The notes below the pieces were generated by a model. The model was not told the DNA's origin and ran no database searches. It saw nothing but the letters and a program-made list of their open reading frames with translations. Positions 29,457 through 38,507 of a stretch of 64,000 nt of DNA are shown piece by piece; the first letter of the stretch is position 1, and every line of letters begins with the position of its first letter. The position numbers and the translations under genes are program-made. The stretch spans positions 1,723 to 65,722 of the forward strand of contig JAGQLO010000001.1 of NCBI GenBank assembly GCA_020429185.1. Reading direction: 5' to 3'. The DNA comes from Candidatus Doudnabacteria bacterium (GTDB lineage Bacteria > Patescibacteriota > JABMPQ01 > JAGQLO01).

Positions 29457-30791
29457 CTAGCGTAGGCCAGAGCGCACGGTAAAGGCATCTGGGACCGTGC
29501 GATCGATGTCTTTGAAATAACACGTACCAGACTGTTCATCACCGTTCTCATGTAACCGACAAAACAGCGCACCATAATTTGCTCCGTTGTCGCTTGTATA
29601 CGTAGACGCCCACCAAGGATTGGAGCCCAAATTGTCTTCTTCATCACGAATACTATGCCCGGCAAGCCCTTGTACAAACGCAAATGTTCTTCCCGGCTCA
29701 AGCGTAAGCGAGCTAAGCGTATGTTCGAGTGTTTGTGTTGCAAAGTCAGACATCAGATACGTGCGCGAGTAGGAATGTTCGTGTCCCGTCGCCACAATAG
29801 CTCCAGCTTCACGGCACGCGTCATACACTTCCCATCCCGTTTCATCTGACTTGCCGCCCACCTGCATCAAACGCTGATTTTTGTGCCAGTTACAGATCTT
29901 CCAATCGACATCCTGACTTGCAAGACCTGTTTGTAACGAAGCGAGATGATCCGAACCATATGTACCAATCCCAGAATTCACAATCAAAACGCCTTGATAC
30001 TGACACGTTTCGTTTACCCCAAGCTCACCTTCACAAAAAAGGCCTGGCGTTCGAGCAGCCCGCTCTTCAAGGAGTGCTTCATACGTCGACCACTCAGCAA
30101 CATCGTGATTTCCAATCGACACCACGTACGGAAACGTCGTTCCAAGCTTTTCATTGATCATGTCGTTCCAGGCACTGGCACCATTCGTTTCGTAACCAAG
30201 ATCACCCATATGCACAACCAAATCCGCCCCTTCGGAACGAACAAGATCAAGAACGGCACGTGAGTTCTGTGTCACCGACTGATCTCCCAAAAAAGCAACA
30301 AGGAAGTCAGGTGGCGGTGAAGGACGCACCCGTTCAAGATTCGCCGACGATATTCCAAGTCCTTTTGCAACCATGATGTCAAAAGCATCAGATGGCCGCC
30401 CCAAATAAGAACGCTGCAGACTCACAGGATCGATATACCACGCCTCGCCGTTCTGCTCGACTTGCAACACAATTCTTCCAGAAAGGCGTTCGCGAAGCGC
30501 AGCGTCCCCTTCCTCAGCCGATCCCTCGATCGGAACACGAGCTAAATCTGCATCTGAAATACCAAGCCCAAGGAGTCGCATCAGTCGAAACGCATCAGTA
30601 GGTCGTCCTAAGTAATACCGCGATCCAGTAGATGTAGAGACGTACCACGCTTCCCCATTCTGCTCGACATCAAGCAAAATCCTACCCGCAAGTCGTTCGC
30701 CCAACGACGTCGACGTTGTAGCCGCAGAAGCTGTTGAATGCCCCAGAAAAACCATGGCAAGAAGAAGGACTCCAAAGAAAAACGGTTTCAT
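29457..30791 (-). CDS. Secreted calcineurin-like metallophosphoesterase with two N-terminal copies of a 55-aa repeat module
   Basis: Signal peptide (MKPFFFGVLLLAMVFLGHSTASA); two repeats (GRILLxVEQNGEAWY..RxYLGRPxDAFxIM..GLGIS.A.L.R.P); C-terminal MPE motifs (GDLGY, GNHD, GHEH). Start set at MKPFFF (30791); the track extends to 30971. Confidence 0.6.
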   Translation of the reverse strand: MKPFFFGVLLLAMVFLGHSTASAATTSTSLGERLAGRILLDVEQNGEAWYVSTSTGSRYYLGRPTDAFRLMRLLGLGISDADLARVPIEGSAEEGDAALRERLSGRIVLQVEQNGEAWYIDPVSLQRSYLGRPSDAFDIMVAKGLGISSANLERVRPSPPPDFLVAFLGDQSVTQNSRAVLDLVRSEGADLVVHMGDLGYETNGASAWNDMINEKLGTTFPYVVSIGNHDVAEWSTYEALLEERAARTPGLFCEGELGVNETCQYQGVLIVNSGIGTYGSDHLASLQTGLASQDVDWKICNWHKNQRLMQVGGKSDETGWEVYDACREAGAIVATGHEHSYSRTYLMSDFATQTLEHTLSSLTLEPGRTFAFVQGLAGHSIRDEEDNLGSNPWWASTYTSDNGANYGALFCRLHENGDEQSGTCYFKDIDRTVPDAFTVRSGLR

Positions 30792-30870
30792 AGAAGGATG
30801 TTTTATGCACACACTATAGCAAAAGCGACCCCAGCAGGAGGTCGCTTCAAAGCTACAAGTTCCGAATCTC

Positions 30871-33612
30871 TTATCGTGCAACTTGAATACCACCGCTGAA
30901 TCCGGCGATATGCGAATCGAATACAGACAACTGCCGACCCACACTCGAGAACACTTGCGATGGCGCTGCAAGCCCAGCTCCAGGAGTCACAAGCAAGTCA
31001 GATGTTCCATCACGACTTGAGTCAACAATCAGTGCATGAACACCAACCCCCTTCTTTGCGGCATCATAGGCATAGAACGAGGCACGCTCCTCTCCGTCTT
31101 TTGTGAAAACGCGTACGTGCGGCTGCCCAATTTCTGGCGTGGTGACAATTTCCAACACTCCATCACCATCAAGATCTCCAAGTGAGAGATGTACTCCACC
31201 AATAAAGTTCTCGAACGCGAAGAACCCAGATTGCAGCTCTCCGGTGCCAGAGAAGACGTTCACATGCGCTCCCATCCCTGCGCGTGGTGCCAAGACAATT
31301 TCATCCTTTCGGTCACCAGAAACGTCTCCGACAGCTAGATGATATCCGCCCCGAAGTTGTTTGTTGTCAAAGGAGAAGAACGACGCAAGCTCTGTTCCTG
31401 TTCCCGTAAACACGCGCACATGAGGCGAACCACCAGAACTTGGCACGGTAATCAACTCATCCGTTCCGTCTCCATTCGTGTCACCAGAACGAACCAAGAC
31501 ACCGCCACGAAACTGCTCATCGTAGGCAAAAAAACTTGCACGCTGGATTCCTGATCCAGAAAAGACTCGAACATGTGGACCTCCTGCCGCCATCGGCGAC
31601 ACCACAATTTCTTCAACAGCATCTCCATCGATATCTGCAAGCTCAAGATGTGTTCCTCCACGGAATTCAGAAGAGAAGGCCATAAAGACATGCTCCTGCG
31701 TTCCATCCATCGAGAACACGCGCACTTCTGGAGCAGCGCCAGGACCTTGCACAGCAACAATTTCATCAAATCCATCACCATCTACATCTCCAACTTGAAC
31801 TTCGAGTCCTGCATGACTCGACGAATCAAACGCAAAGAAACTGTCTACCGTTTTCCAAGTAGAATCTTTCACGACAACCTGTGGCCCACCCCCAGCACCC
31901 GGCGTGAATACATAAAGAGAAGACTCCTGCATGGCTGGCAGTGGCTGACCAGCAAGCGCCAGCACAGCATAGGAAGTCATCAATGCTGTTCCGTCCAGTC
32001 CATCTATCCAAGCAAACGAGCCATTCTCCTGCTGCAATGCAAGCATGAAATGAATAGGCGTCTTATTGTTCTTTTGCCAGTCCATTGGATCTTCGCCAAG
32101 CGCATAGATGGCCTGCACGGCCCACGCTGTAGAAGCAACATTGGCAGCATAACCAGACTCGTAGGCAAATCCTCCATCTGGCTTTTGCTGCTGTACCAAG
32201 AACGTCCGAGCATCCCTCAGTGCACTAGACACGTTCTTGAGACCCCCATGGTCCCGATACAACACAAGTGCCTGAATAGCAGCGGCAGTTGTGTCGGTAT
32301 CGCTCGAACCACCAACGGTAAAGGCATACCCACCATCCACGTTCTGATGCTCTAACAACATCTTAATTCCATCTACAACAAGTGGATCCGCTGCCGACTC
32401 TTTTGCTGCCAATAATGCGATCACGCCAAATACATCATCATTCACAAGTGCCACATCTCCAATCTGTCCCGATCCTGAATGACGACGAATCGGGCTCACC
32501 CAATCCTGTCCTTCCCAGTTATGAGGATCCCCACCTGCGGCCACCACAGCAAGAACCTGACGCTCCCAATCCAGTACCGTTGCCCCTTCACCTGGAACAA
32601 CAGCCCCGATCATCTTTGCAACCGATTTTGAAGAAGACCCAACAGAATCAAGTGACCGACCTCCAGCAGCGAGCGCCATACCTGCCCAAGATGTAGCCCC
32701 AGGCGTTTCAATCACATCTCCACCCACGGACGCTTGCTCCTGTAAGAACTGTAATCCACGCGAAAGCGCCTGCGTTTGCTGTCGAGGCAACGAATCAACA
32801 AACTCGGCGTTTCGAGCGTAGACCTGTAACGGCGTTGCCGCACTCCGTGTATCAGATGTCCGTTCTGCGATCACACGAAAACTTCCTGCAAACGACGGAG
32901 TAAATGAAACAGTTCCGTCTGTTCCCGTCATGAATATCTCAGTATCAACCAACACTGTTGCCTCGTTTGCTGGTTCATACGCATGACTCTCATCGTCGTA
33001 CACCAGAACAGTTGCTGTCAGTGAATCTCCAACCAATACCTCGTTCGTAGAGAGCTCAACACTCAAAGGCGAAGAAGGCCATCCGCCCAAGGTGAGAAGA
33101 AGTTCATCTCCTTCGGCCAATGTGTGGTCCGCAAGACCATCCATGGGTGAAACGCCATTCACACGATATAACCAGAACAACGATTCTGTTTGTGATTGAC
33201 CAGCAACCTCAGAAAGGAATAGGCCAAAATCTGTATCTTGCACCGCATAGTCAAACCCCCACCATGTCGCTGCCGTATCAAGAGCACACAATGCCACACC
33301 ACCCTCAAGAGTGTGCTGCACGCCAACAGCGTCGGTAATGACACACGTCTCCGGAACGGTCACAAGCGTATCGACAACAGTGGCGTCCGGCGTCTCCACA
33401 CGAACAGTTGCTGTCGTTGTCACGGCCGCCACTCCACGATCGCGAGGAGCCAGCAGTACAACTGCACAAGCCGCCACCGCAAGCAGAACAAGAACAGCGA
33501 CTACAAGCCGGATACGCCAATCACCCAAAACTGAGCGCCAGGCTGCCACCGATGAAAACGAGAGAGGTAGAGACATACAGCATTGAAATGACGAGTGCCA
33601 ATCGAACGTCAC
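30871..33612 (-). CDS. Large cell-surface protein: TM anchor, a prenyltransferase/squalene-oxidase-like alpha/alpha-toroid repeat region, and an about 7-bladed FG-GAP beta-propeller
   Basis: The toroid repeats (QxxDGGF/W) lie in the middle of the protein. The C-terminal half carries repeated FG-GAP units (VGDVDGDGFDEIVxxxxxGxxPxVRVFSGxG...FFAY). No CxEQ thioester motif was seen. Confidence 0.6.
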   Translation of the reverse strand: MTFDWHSSFQCCMSLPLSFSSVAAWRSVLGDWRIRLVVAVLVLLAVAACAVVLLAPRDRGVAAVTTTATVRVETPDATVVDTLVTVPETCVITDAVGVQHTLEGGVALCALDTAATWWGFDYAVQDTDFGLFLSEVAGQSQTESLFWLYRVNGVSPMDGLADHTLAEGDELLLTLGGWPSSPLSVELSTNEVLVGDSLTATVLVYDDESHAYEPANEATVLVDTEIFMTGTDGTVSFTPSFAGSFRVIAERTSDTRSAATPLQVYARNAEFVDSLPRQQTQALSRGLQFLQEQASVGGDVIETPGATSWAGMALAAGGRSLDSVGSSSKSVAKMIGAVVPGEGATVLDWERQVLAVVAAGGDPHNWEGQDWVSPIRRHSGSGQIGDVALVNDDVFGVIALLAAKESAADPLVVDGIKMLLEHQNVDGGYAFTVGGSSDTDTTAAAIQALVLYRDHGGLKNVSSALRDARTFLVQQQKPDGGFAYESGYAANVASTAWAVQAIYALGEDPMDWQKNNKTPIHFMLALQQENGSFAWIDGLDGTALMTSYAVLALAGQPLPAMQESSLYVFTPGAGGGPQVVVKDSTWKTVDSFFAFDSSSHAGLEVQVGDVDGDGFDEIVAVQGPGAAPEVRVFSMDGTQEHVFMAFSSEFRGGTHLELADIDGDAVEEIVVSPMAAGGPHVRVFSGSGIQRASFFAYDEQFRGGVLVRSGDTNGDGTDELITVPSSGGSPHVRVFTGTGTELASFFSFDNKQLRGGYHLAVGDVSGDRKDEIVLAPRAGMGAHVNVFSGTGELQSGFFAFENFIGGVHLSLGDLDGDGVLEIVTTPEIGQPHVRVFTKDGEERASFYAYDAAKKGVGVHALIVDSSRDGTSDLLVTPGAGLAAPSQVFSSVGRQLSVFDSHIAGFSGGIQVAR

Positions 33613-33643
33613 ATCGTTGCAAGCTCACTCATCTGGGTCAAGA

Positions 33644-34525
33644 CTACAAAGGCGAAGACTGATACCGCCACTCAATTTGGTCACCATCATTCACTGTTTG
33701 CGCAGAAATCCCACGCGACGCAAACGCACCATTCAGATAGAACGTCCAATACAGTCCAGCAGCTTCATTGTTTGCGACGCCATTGATCGATTCAACAAAG
33801 CTCCCCATGCCTGCAAATGGTTTCGTTACAAATACAAGTCCGGTTGCAGAGCGCATCACCGACTCAACGGTTGTACCCTGTGTCGTTGTCACTGTATACG
33901 CACCTCCGCCCGGCCCAGAAATAGTCAGTCGCACAGAAATCTCCTGCTTCTCTTCTTTCGGCGCAGGCGAAGCTGGCGTCTCTTTTGGGGCCGTGTCCTT
34001 CCTAGGGGCAGGTGTTTCAGTAGGCTCAGGCTCTGGAGTAGGAGTCTCACTCGAAATCGCATTACCCTCAGTAATACGTTCAGTTTCTAAAGGTGTCGAC
34101 TGTTCACCAGGCTCAGGCGAAGTTGTACCAGACGCAGGCGCCCCAAAAGACTCTAACGAATCAACAGATCCAACATCGTTCGAGACAACTCCAGAACCCT
34201 CATTTACAGGAGAAACGGAGTGCGATGAACGAGTTGCCTTAGCCTCCGGTTCAAGCTCCACAACCGTAAGAGAGCTCACAGCCATTGGCTCGACTTGTTC
34301 ATTCTCATGTTTATGACCAACACGCACATCCTCCGGTCCTCTAGCAGCTTCCTCAACAGACAATGTTTCAACAAGCGCAGCCGAATGATCAGAGCTTCCT
34401 ACACGAATTCGATAGGCACCAACGAGCAATGCAATAAGAATCAAAACAGAAAGCACCAAAACAACCTGCACCCACGGCTGCGGAACCGCGAATCTCTTTG
34501 ACGATTGTGGTCGAAGAAGTGGCAT
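33644..34525 (-). CDS. DUF4430-domain protein with TM anchor and a P/T/E-rich linker
   Basis: The C-terminal about 90 aa (VRLTISGPGGG ... GLYWTFYLNGAFA ... DGDQIEWRY) matches the DUF4430 pattern, the transcobalamin beta-domain-like fold. Confidence 0.5.
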   Translation of the reverse strand: MPLLRPQSSKRFAVPQPWVQVVLVLSVLILIALLVGAYRIRVGSSDHSAALVETLSVEEAARGPEDVRVGHKHENEQVEPMAVSSLTVVELEPEAKATRSSHSVSPVNEGSGVVSNDVGSVDSLESFGAPASGTTSPEPGEQSTPLETERITEGNAISSETPTPEPEPTETPAPRKDTAPKETPASPAPKEEKQEISVRLTISGPGGGAYTVTTTQGTTVESVMRSATGLVFVTKPFAGMGSFVESINGVANNEAAGLYWTFYLNGAFASRGISAQTVNDGDQIEWRYQSSPL

Positions 34526-34610
34526 AACGAGCTATGGTACCCACTCACCAGCGTCGAAACAATCCCGCGCAACATTCCACTGGGGAAAACACTGCCAACA
34601 ACAAGCCATA

Positions 34611-35891
34611 TCATGCATCCAATTCCTCAGAAGAAGCATCTGTAATGAAACGCTTCTGGAATCCGAGCCCTGGAATATCTTGCTTCTTCTGGATCTGCAT
34701 AAGAGAACCTCGACGCACAACCATTTCACCATAGCGATCATTCAAAAGATCACATGCTGCCAACGCAGATTCCATACGATGCGCATCTTTCATAAAGAGT
34801 TGTTGCTGCTCAGCACCCCACTCTAAATTTGAAACAGTAACCCCAACCAATCGCACACGATCCAACAAAAACACAGGTTGAAATAGTTCTTTAACCTGCC
34901 CATAAATCGCGTACCCATCTGAAAGAGGCCGCGACAACGTCACACGTCGACCTTCAGAATGAAACGACTGATAGCGAATACGAATAGAAATAGTGCGACC
35001 TCGCGTCTGCTTACGGCGCAACCTCCTACCCACCTTCTCTGAAAGATGAAGAAAAGTTGCAAGTAGCGCCGCACGGTTAGACGTAGGTTGAATCGTGCGC
35101 TGATGCCCCATCGACTTTTCATCTTTCATGGTATGAAACGACACAACCTGGTCGGAACCCTGCCCAAATGCCACCCCCTTTAACCATCGTGCAGCATGAG
35201 ATCCAAACGAACGCACTAATACATCGGGTGGAATTTCTTGTAATTGAGAAAATGTACGAATTCCAAGACGATGTAGTCTCTTAGAAATCCTTGGACCAAT
35301 ACCACACACATCTGTAAGACGAACCGAACGAATCACGCTCACAGCCCGCTCTGGCGTGATCAAAGTAAGCCCATCCGGCTTTTTCATGTCCGAAGCAAGT
35401 TTCGCAAGAACTTTATTAGGAGCAACGCCAATGGAACACGTCACCCACTCCCCAACCTCCTCTTGAATGCGGTGCTTTAAACGTAATGCGAGTTGTGTCA
35501 CACCACCAAAACGCGAGGCCGTGTCTGTAATATCAATAAACGCTTCATCTGCACTAAACACTTCAACGTTCGGAGAAAACTCCTGATAAATCTCAATGAG
35601 TTGTTTTGTGACATGGGAATACATCGCAAAAGTCGGAGGAACAATTTTCACCTGAGGAAACTCTGCTAAAAGACGATGCGAAGGACTAGGAACCTTAACC
35701 CCTAATTGTTTCGCTTCAACAGAGGCAGTAACCACAACACCTCCATGTCCTTTTCCACCGATGGCAATAGGCACTCCGCGCAGTCGCGGATTCGCCTGCT
35801 GCTCAAGCGTGGCAAAATACGAATTCATGTCGACATGAAGAATCTGTCGAGAACCAGAGGTGTTGGTGTGTTGATCTAGACCGAACGACAT
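34611..35891 (-). CDS. dinB: DNA polymerase IV (Y-family translesion polymerase)
   Basis: ILHVDMNSYFA N-terminus. Start set at MSFGL, preceded by a GGGAGG SD. SOS context. Confidence 0.85.
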   Translation of the reverse strand: MSFGLDQHTNTSGSRQILHVDMNSYFATLEQQANPRLRGVPIAIGGKGHGGVVVTASVEAKQLGVKVPSPSHRLLAEFPQVKIVPPTFAMYSHVTKQLIEIYQEFSPNVEVFSADEAFIDITDTASRFGGVTQLALRLKHRIQEEVGEWVTCSIGVAPNKVLAKLASDMKKPDGLTLITPERAVSVIRSVRLTDVCGIGPRISKRLHRLGIRTFSQLQEIPPDVLVRSFGSHAARWLKGVAFGQGSDQVVSFHTMKDEKSMGHQRTIQPTSNRAALLATFLHLSEKVGRRLRRKQTRGRTISIRIRYQSFHSEGRRVTLSRPLSDGYAIYGQVKELFQPVFLLDRVRLVGVTVSNLEWGAEQQQLFMKDAHRMESALAACDLLNDRYGEMVVRRGSLMQIQKKQDIPGLGFQKRFITDASSEELDA

Positions 35892-35906
35892 ACCTCCCAC
35901 AAACAA

Positions 35907-35936
35907 AAGGCAGAGGTCATCTGACCTCTGCCTTTG
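35907..35936 (-). terminator. Rho-independent terminator (14-bp stem) between doxX and dinB
   Basis: AAAGGCAGAGGTCA-TC-TGACCTCTGCCTTT. On the minus strand it is followed by TTTTGTTTGTG, and the dinB SD follows directly. Confidence 0.45.
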
Positions 35937-35952
35937 AAACAGAAATGTCGAG

Positions 35953-36447
35953 TTATCCAGCTAACAACTGAATCCAACGTTTGTCCTTGGCCCAAGCCGA
36001 GGAAATCAATAACTTGTCGAGACCGCACACTGAACCAGCCCCACCAGCCATAAACAATGCAAATACGAGCATGTACACCACGTGTTCGTCGATCAAGAAG
36101 GAGTGCTCGAATGGATACCCTGAAAGGTAGTAAAAGAGCATCAACACAAATCCCCAAAATGCTGAAAAGCGCGTAAAGAATCCAAAAACTAATGCCAGCC
36201 CAACAAGAGTAAGTCCTAACATATTCAACCAATCGACCGCCGCATTTCCGGCCATCCAAGAGAACCAGGAGGCGAAGGGCCCTTCGAGATGCGAAAGATA
36301 TCCTGTTGCAGACCAACCACCTTCGGTAAAAAGCTTGTCGAGACCAGCGTAAAGCAATACCCATCCAAGGGAGACCCTGAGAGCAACAAGCCAGAATCGG
36401 GAAACCATCGTACGACCCTTCCCACCGGAAGAAGCTGTTTGTTTCAT
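35953..36447 (-). CDS. DoxX-family membrane protein
   Basis: DoxX-like 4-TM protein (VALRVSLGWVLLYAGLDKL ...). Confidence 0.6.
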   Translation of the reverse strand: MKQTASSGGKGRTMVSRFWLVALRVSLGWVLLYAGLDKLFTEGGWSATGYLSHLEGPFASWFSWMAGNAAVDWLNMLGLTLVGLALVFGFFTRFSAFWGFVLMLFYYLSGYPFEHSFLIDEHVVYMLVFALFMAGGAGSVCGLDKLLISSAWAKDKRWIQLLAG

Positions 36448-36624
36448 ACAAAGAAGTGAAGCGACAAACAAAACATAAGCAGTATACTCCTCCTTCAAAG
36501 GATTGTGCGAACAACATGCACATACAGGACATAATTGTCGGAGAACAGCGGGAAACGCCCCGGCATGAGCGCCTCCCGCCGACCCCCGACAGGGTCAAGC
36601 GTAATCCACGAAGATCGATCTCAC

Positions 36625-36891
36625 TTACTCAACGTACAGATCAACCAACTTCCAGGCGAGAGATCCCGTATCAAACGAAAGCTTGAAAAATGCTTCTTCG
36701 TTCGAGGCGGCAAAGTGATACACCCGATCACGTCCCTGACGTTCCTGATAAACAAGATTTACTTTATTGACGGGATACGTACGACCTTCCCACTTAAACA
36801 CCTGAGGACGAACTTTATCTCCATTAAAGAGAGCGGAAACAGATACCGGAGAATCGATTTTTGCGTGCATAAAGAGTAATGAATGAAGCAA
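36625..36891 (-). CDS. Hypothetical small protein (88 aa) in the SOS cassette
   Basis: Non-repetitive ORF between lexA and doxX with no recognisable motif. It may be SOS-regulated. Confidence 0.3.
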   Translation of the reverse strand: MLHSLLFMHAKIDSPVSVSALFNGDKVRPQVFKWEGRTYPVNKVNLVYQERQGRDRVYHFAASNEEAFFKLSFDTGSLAWKLVDLYVE

Positions 36892-37166
36892 AGAGAGATC
36901 ACTTATTGTAGAACAATCTTTTCGAGCCGGTCGTTAACTCGAATTTGAATTCCATGAAGGGAATGAATCTGACGAGTTAACCCACGCACAGGACATCGAT
37001 CTGTACATCCTCCATCATCTGCATGCATGTAATAACAGATGTCATTCAGAGAGGAGATGGCGTGAATCTTTTTTTGTTCGAGATAGCTCATACATCGTGG
37101 GATTAGTGGGATGGATGGAGCCACTCAGTGCCGGGGCGTATCAATTGAGGAAGAAGAGTTACCTAC

Positions 37167-37793
37167 CTAGTCATAGGCGCGTGTCACCGCTACAACCTTT
37201 CCTTGAATAGTCCATTCGGAGTCAGGGTAAATATCTGGGTAATCAGGATTTTCCGCTTTGAGATAAGCAACGCCATCTTTCATCATGAAGCGTTTCACTG
37301 TGGTCTCACCATCATCGAGCAGAGCCACCACAATGTCCCCATGAGAAGGTTGCACTCCCTGGCGAACCAACACACGATCATCTTCGAGAATGCCCGCGTC
37401 ACGCATACTCTCTCCACGGACTCGCAACAGAAATGTATCTTGAAATCCTCCAACAAGATCTGCAGGCAATGTAATGTTGTCTTCAATATTTTCATCAGCG
37501 AGAACAGGAGTTCCGGCAACAACATCACCAACAAGTGGCACTGATACTGTGTCGCTCGAAAGTGACTCGCCGAGCGTATTCAATACCTCAATACCACGTG
37601 CAGAGGAGTCACGACGGATGTAGCCACCTTCTTCCAAACGTCGCAACAACTTTGCCACAGAATTCTTAGAAGAAACTCCGATAGCAGTTGCCATTTGCGA
37701 AAACGTGGGCGGAACACGTCGTTCGCGAATCTCTTCGATAATGAACTCGAGGAGATGGCGTTGTTTTGGCGTGAGGTCTGACATGTGACTCAT
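37167..37793 (-). CDS. lexA: LexA repressor
   Basis: N-terminal winged HTH; S24 peptidase with the Ser (GESM) / Lys (VKRF) dyad. Confidence 0.9.
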   Translation of the reverse strand: MSHMSDLTPKQRHLLEFIIEEIRERRVPPTFSQMATAIGVSSKNSVAKLLRRLEEGGYIRRDSSARGIEVLNTLGESLSSDTVSVPLVGDVVAGTPVLADENIEDNITLPADLVGGFQDTFLLRVRGESMRDAGILEDDRVLVRQGVQPSHGDIVVALLDDGETTVKRFMMKDGVAYLKAENPDYPDIYPDSEWTIQGKVVAVTRAYD

Positions 37794-37827
37794 CCGTCGT
37801 TAGTAATTCCTCGTACATTTCAAAGGT

Positions 37828-37839
37828 AAACGATCGTTC
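37828..37839. promoter_or_regulatory. Candidate LexA (Cheo-like) box upstream of lexA
   Basis: GAACGATCGTTT / AAACGATCGTTC near-palindrome (GAAC-N4-GTTy) about 35 bp upstream of the lexA start codon. Confidence 0.3.
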
Positions 37840-37888
37840 ACCTATGGTCAACACCGATTATCCACAAAAGAAAAAGCCTGACACAAGG

Positions 37889-38419
37889 TCAGGACATGCG
37901 CGCGGCCAACCGCTTGAGCGGTTCGGTCAGCTCGGTCAAGATCGCGGGCATCTGGCAGTGCAATACATGATCGAGATCACTACCACCCACGGAAGGAAGC
38001 GACGCACGCAACTCTCGCTGCACATCGGGGTGCAACCCAGCACCGACGACGAGACGAAGCTGCGGACCGGAACGAACGAAGTCCAGCACGTGTCTCACCG
38101 TGTAGATGTTCACGCCACCAGGTCGCTCCAACTCCTCGCCAGGACGCACCACATCCCCCACCAGAAACACCGCCTGAGAAAACAGGTGTGCGCCGCGACC
38201 GAACTGCTTGAACCGCTGCACAGTCACCTGCTCAGCACACGATCCAAGCGTTGCAAGGACGGCCGGAAACCGATCGCCCCAGGCATCGCGTGCACTCATC
38301 CAAAATAGCGTGAGCGGGCGATCCGGAAACGCCTCGACCAGCTTCTTGACGGTCACACGGAGAGCTTCGCTCCCGTGCACCACCTCGGGCAACACGAGCA
38401 ACACGGACAAATCTTCCAA
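37889..38419 (-). CDS. SulA/ImuA-like RecA-fold protein on a GC-rich island (about 60% GC), immediately upstream of lexA
   Basis: The pattern LLVLP ... RPLTLFWMSARDAW resembles the SulA LLLLP ... RWQLWLTPQQKLSREW region. About 175 aa. Probable TTG start after a GGAGG. Confidence 0.35.
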   Translation of the reverse strand: MEDLSVLLVLPEVVHGSEALRVTVKKLVEAFPDRPLTLFWMSARDAWGDRFPAVLATLGSCAEQVTVQRFKQFGRGAHLFSQAVFLVGDVVRPGEELERPGGVNIYTVRHVLDFVRSGPQLRLVVGAGLHPDVQRELRASLPSVGGSDLDHVLHCQMPAILTELTEPLKRLAARMS

Positions 38420-38507
38420 GGGATTCCCCCTCCTCAATAATCCAAGGTTCGTAGAACTACCAAAGCAAAAAGGAGGGGAAAGTCAATCCCACTCCTTTAA
38501 GACACTG

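Noticed and set aside
30871-33612. Alpha2-macroglobulin-like thioester protein
   Set aside because: An alpha/alpha-toroid is present, but no CxEQ thioester motif or MG-domain series was found. The FG-GAP propeller is not part of alpha2-macroglobulin architectures.
35907-35936. 30-bp perfect palindrome upstream of dinB, considered as a LexA operator
   Set aside because: It is too long and GC-clamped for an SOS box and is followed by a U-run on the coding strand. It is better explained as a rho-independent terminator.
35876-36598. 240-aa minus-strand ORF overlapping doxX in a different frame
   Set aside because: Cys/Arg-rich shadow frame. The DoxX frame has a coherent TM topology and a family pattern.
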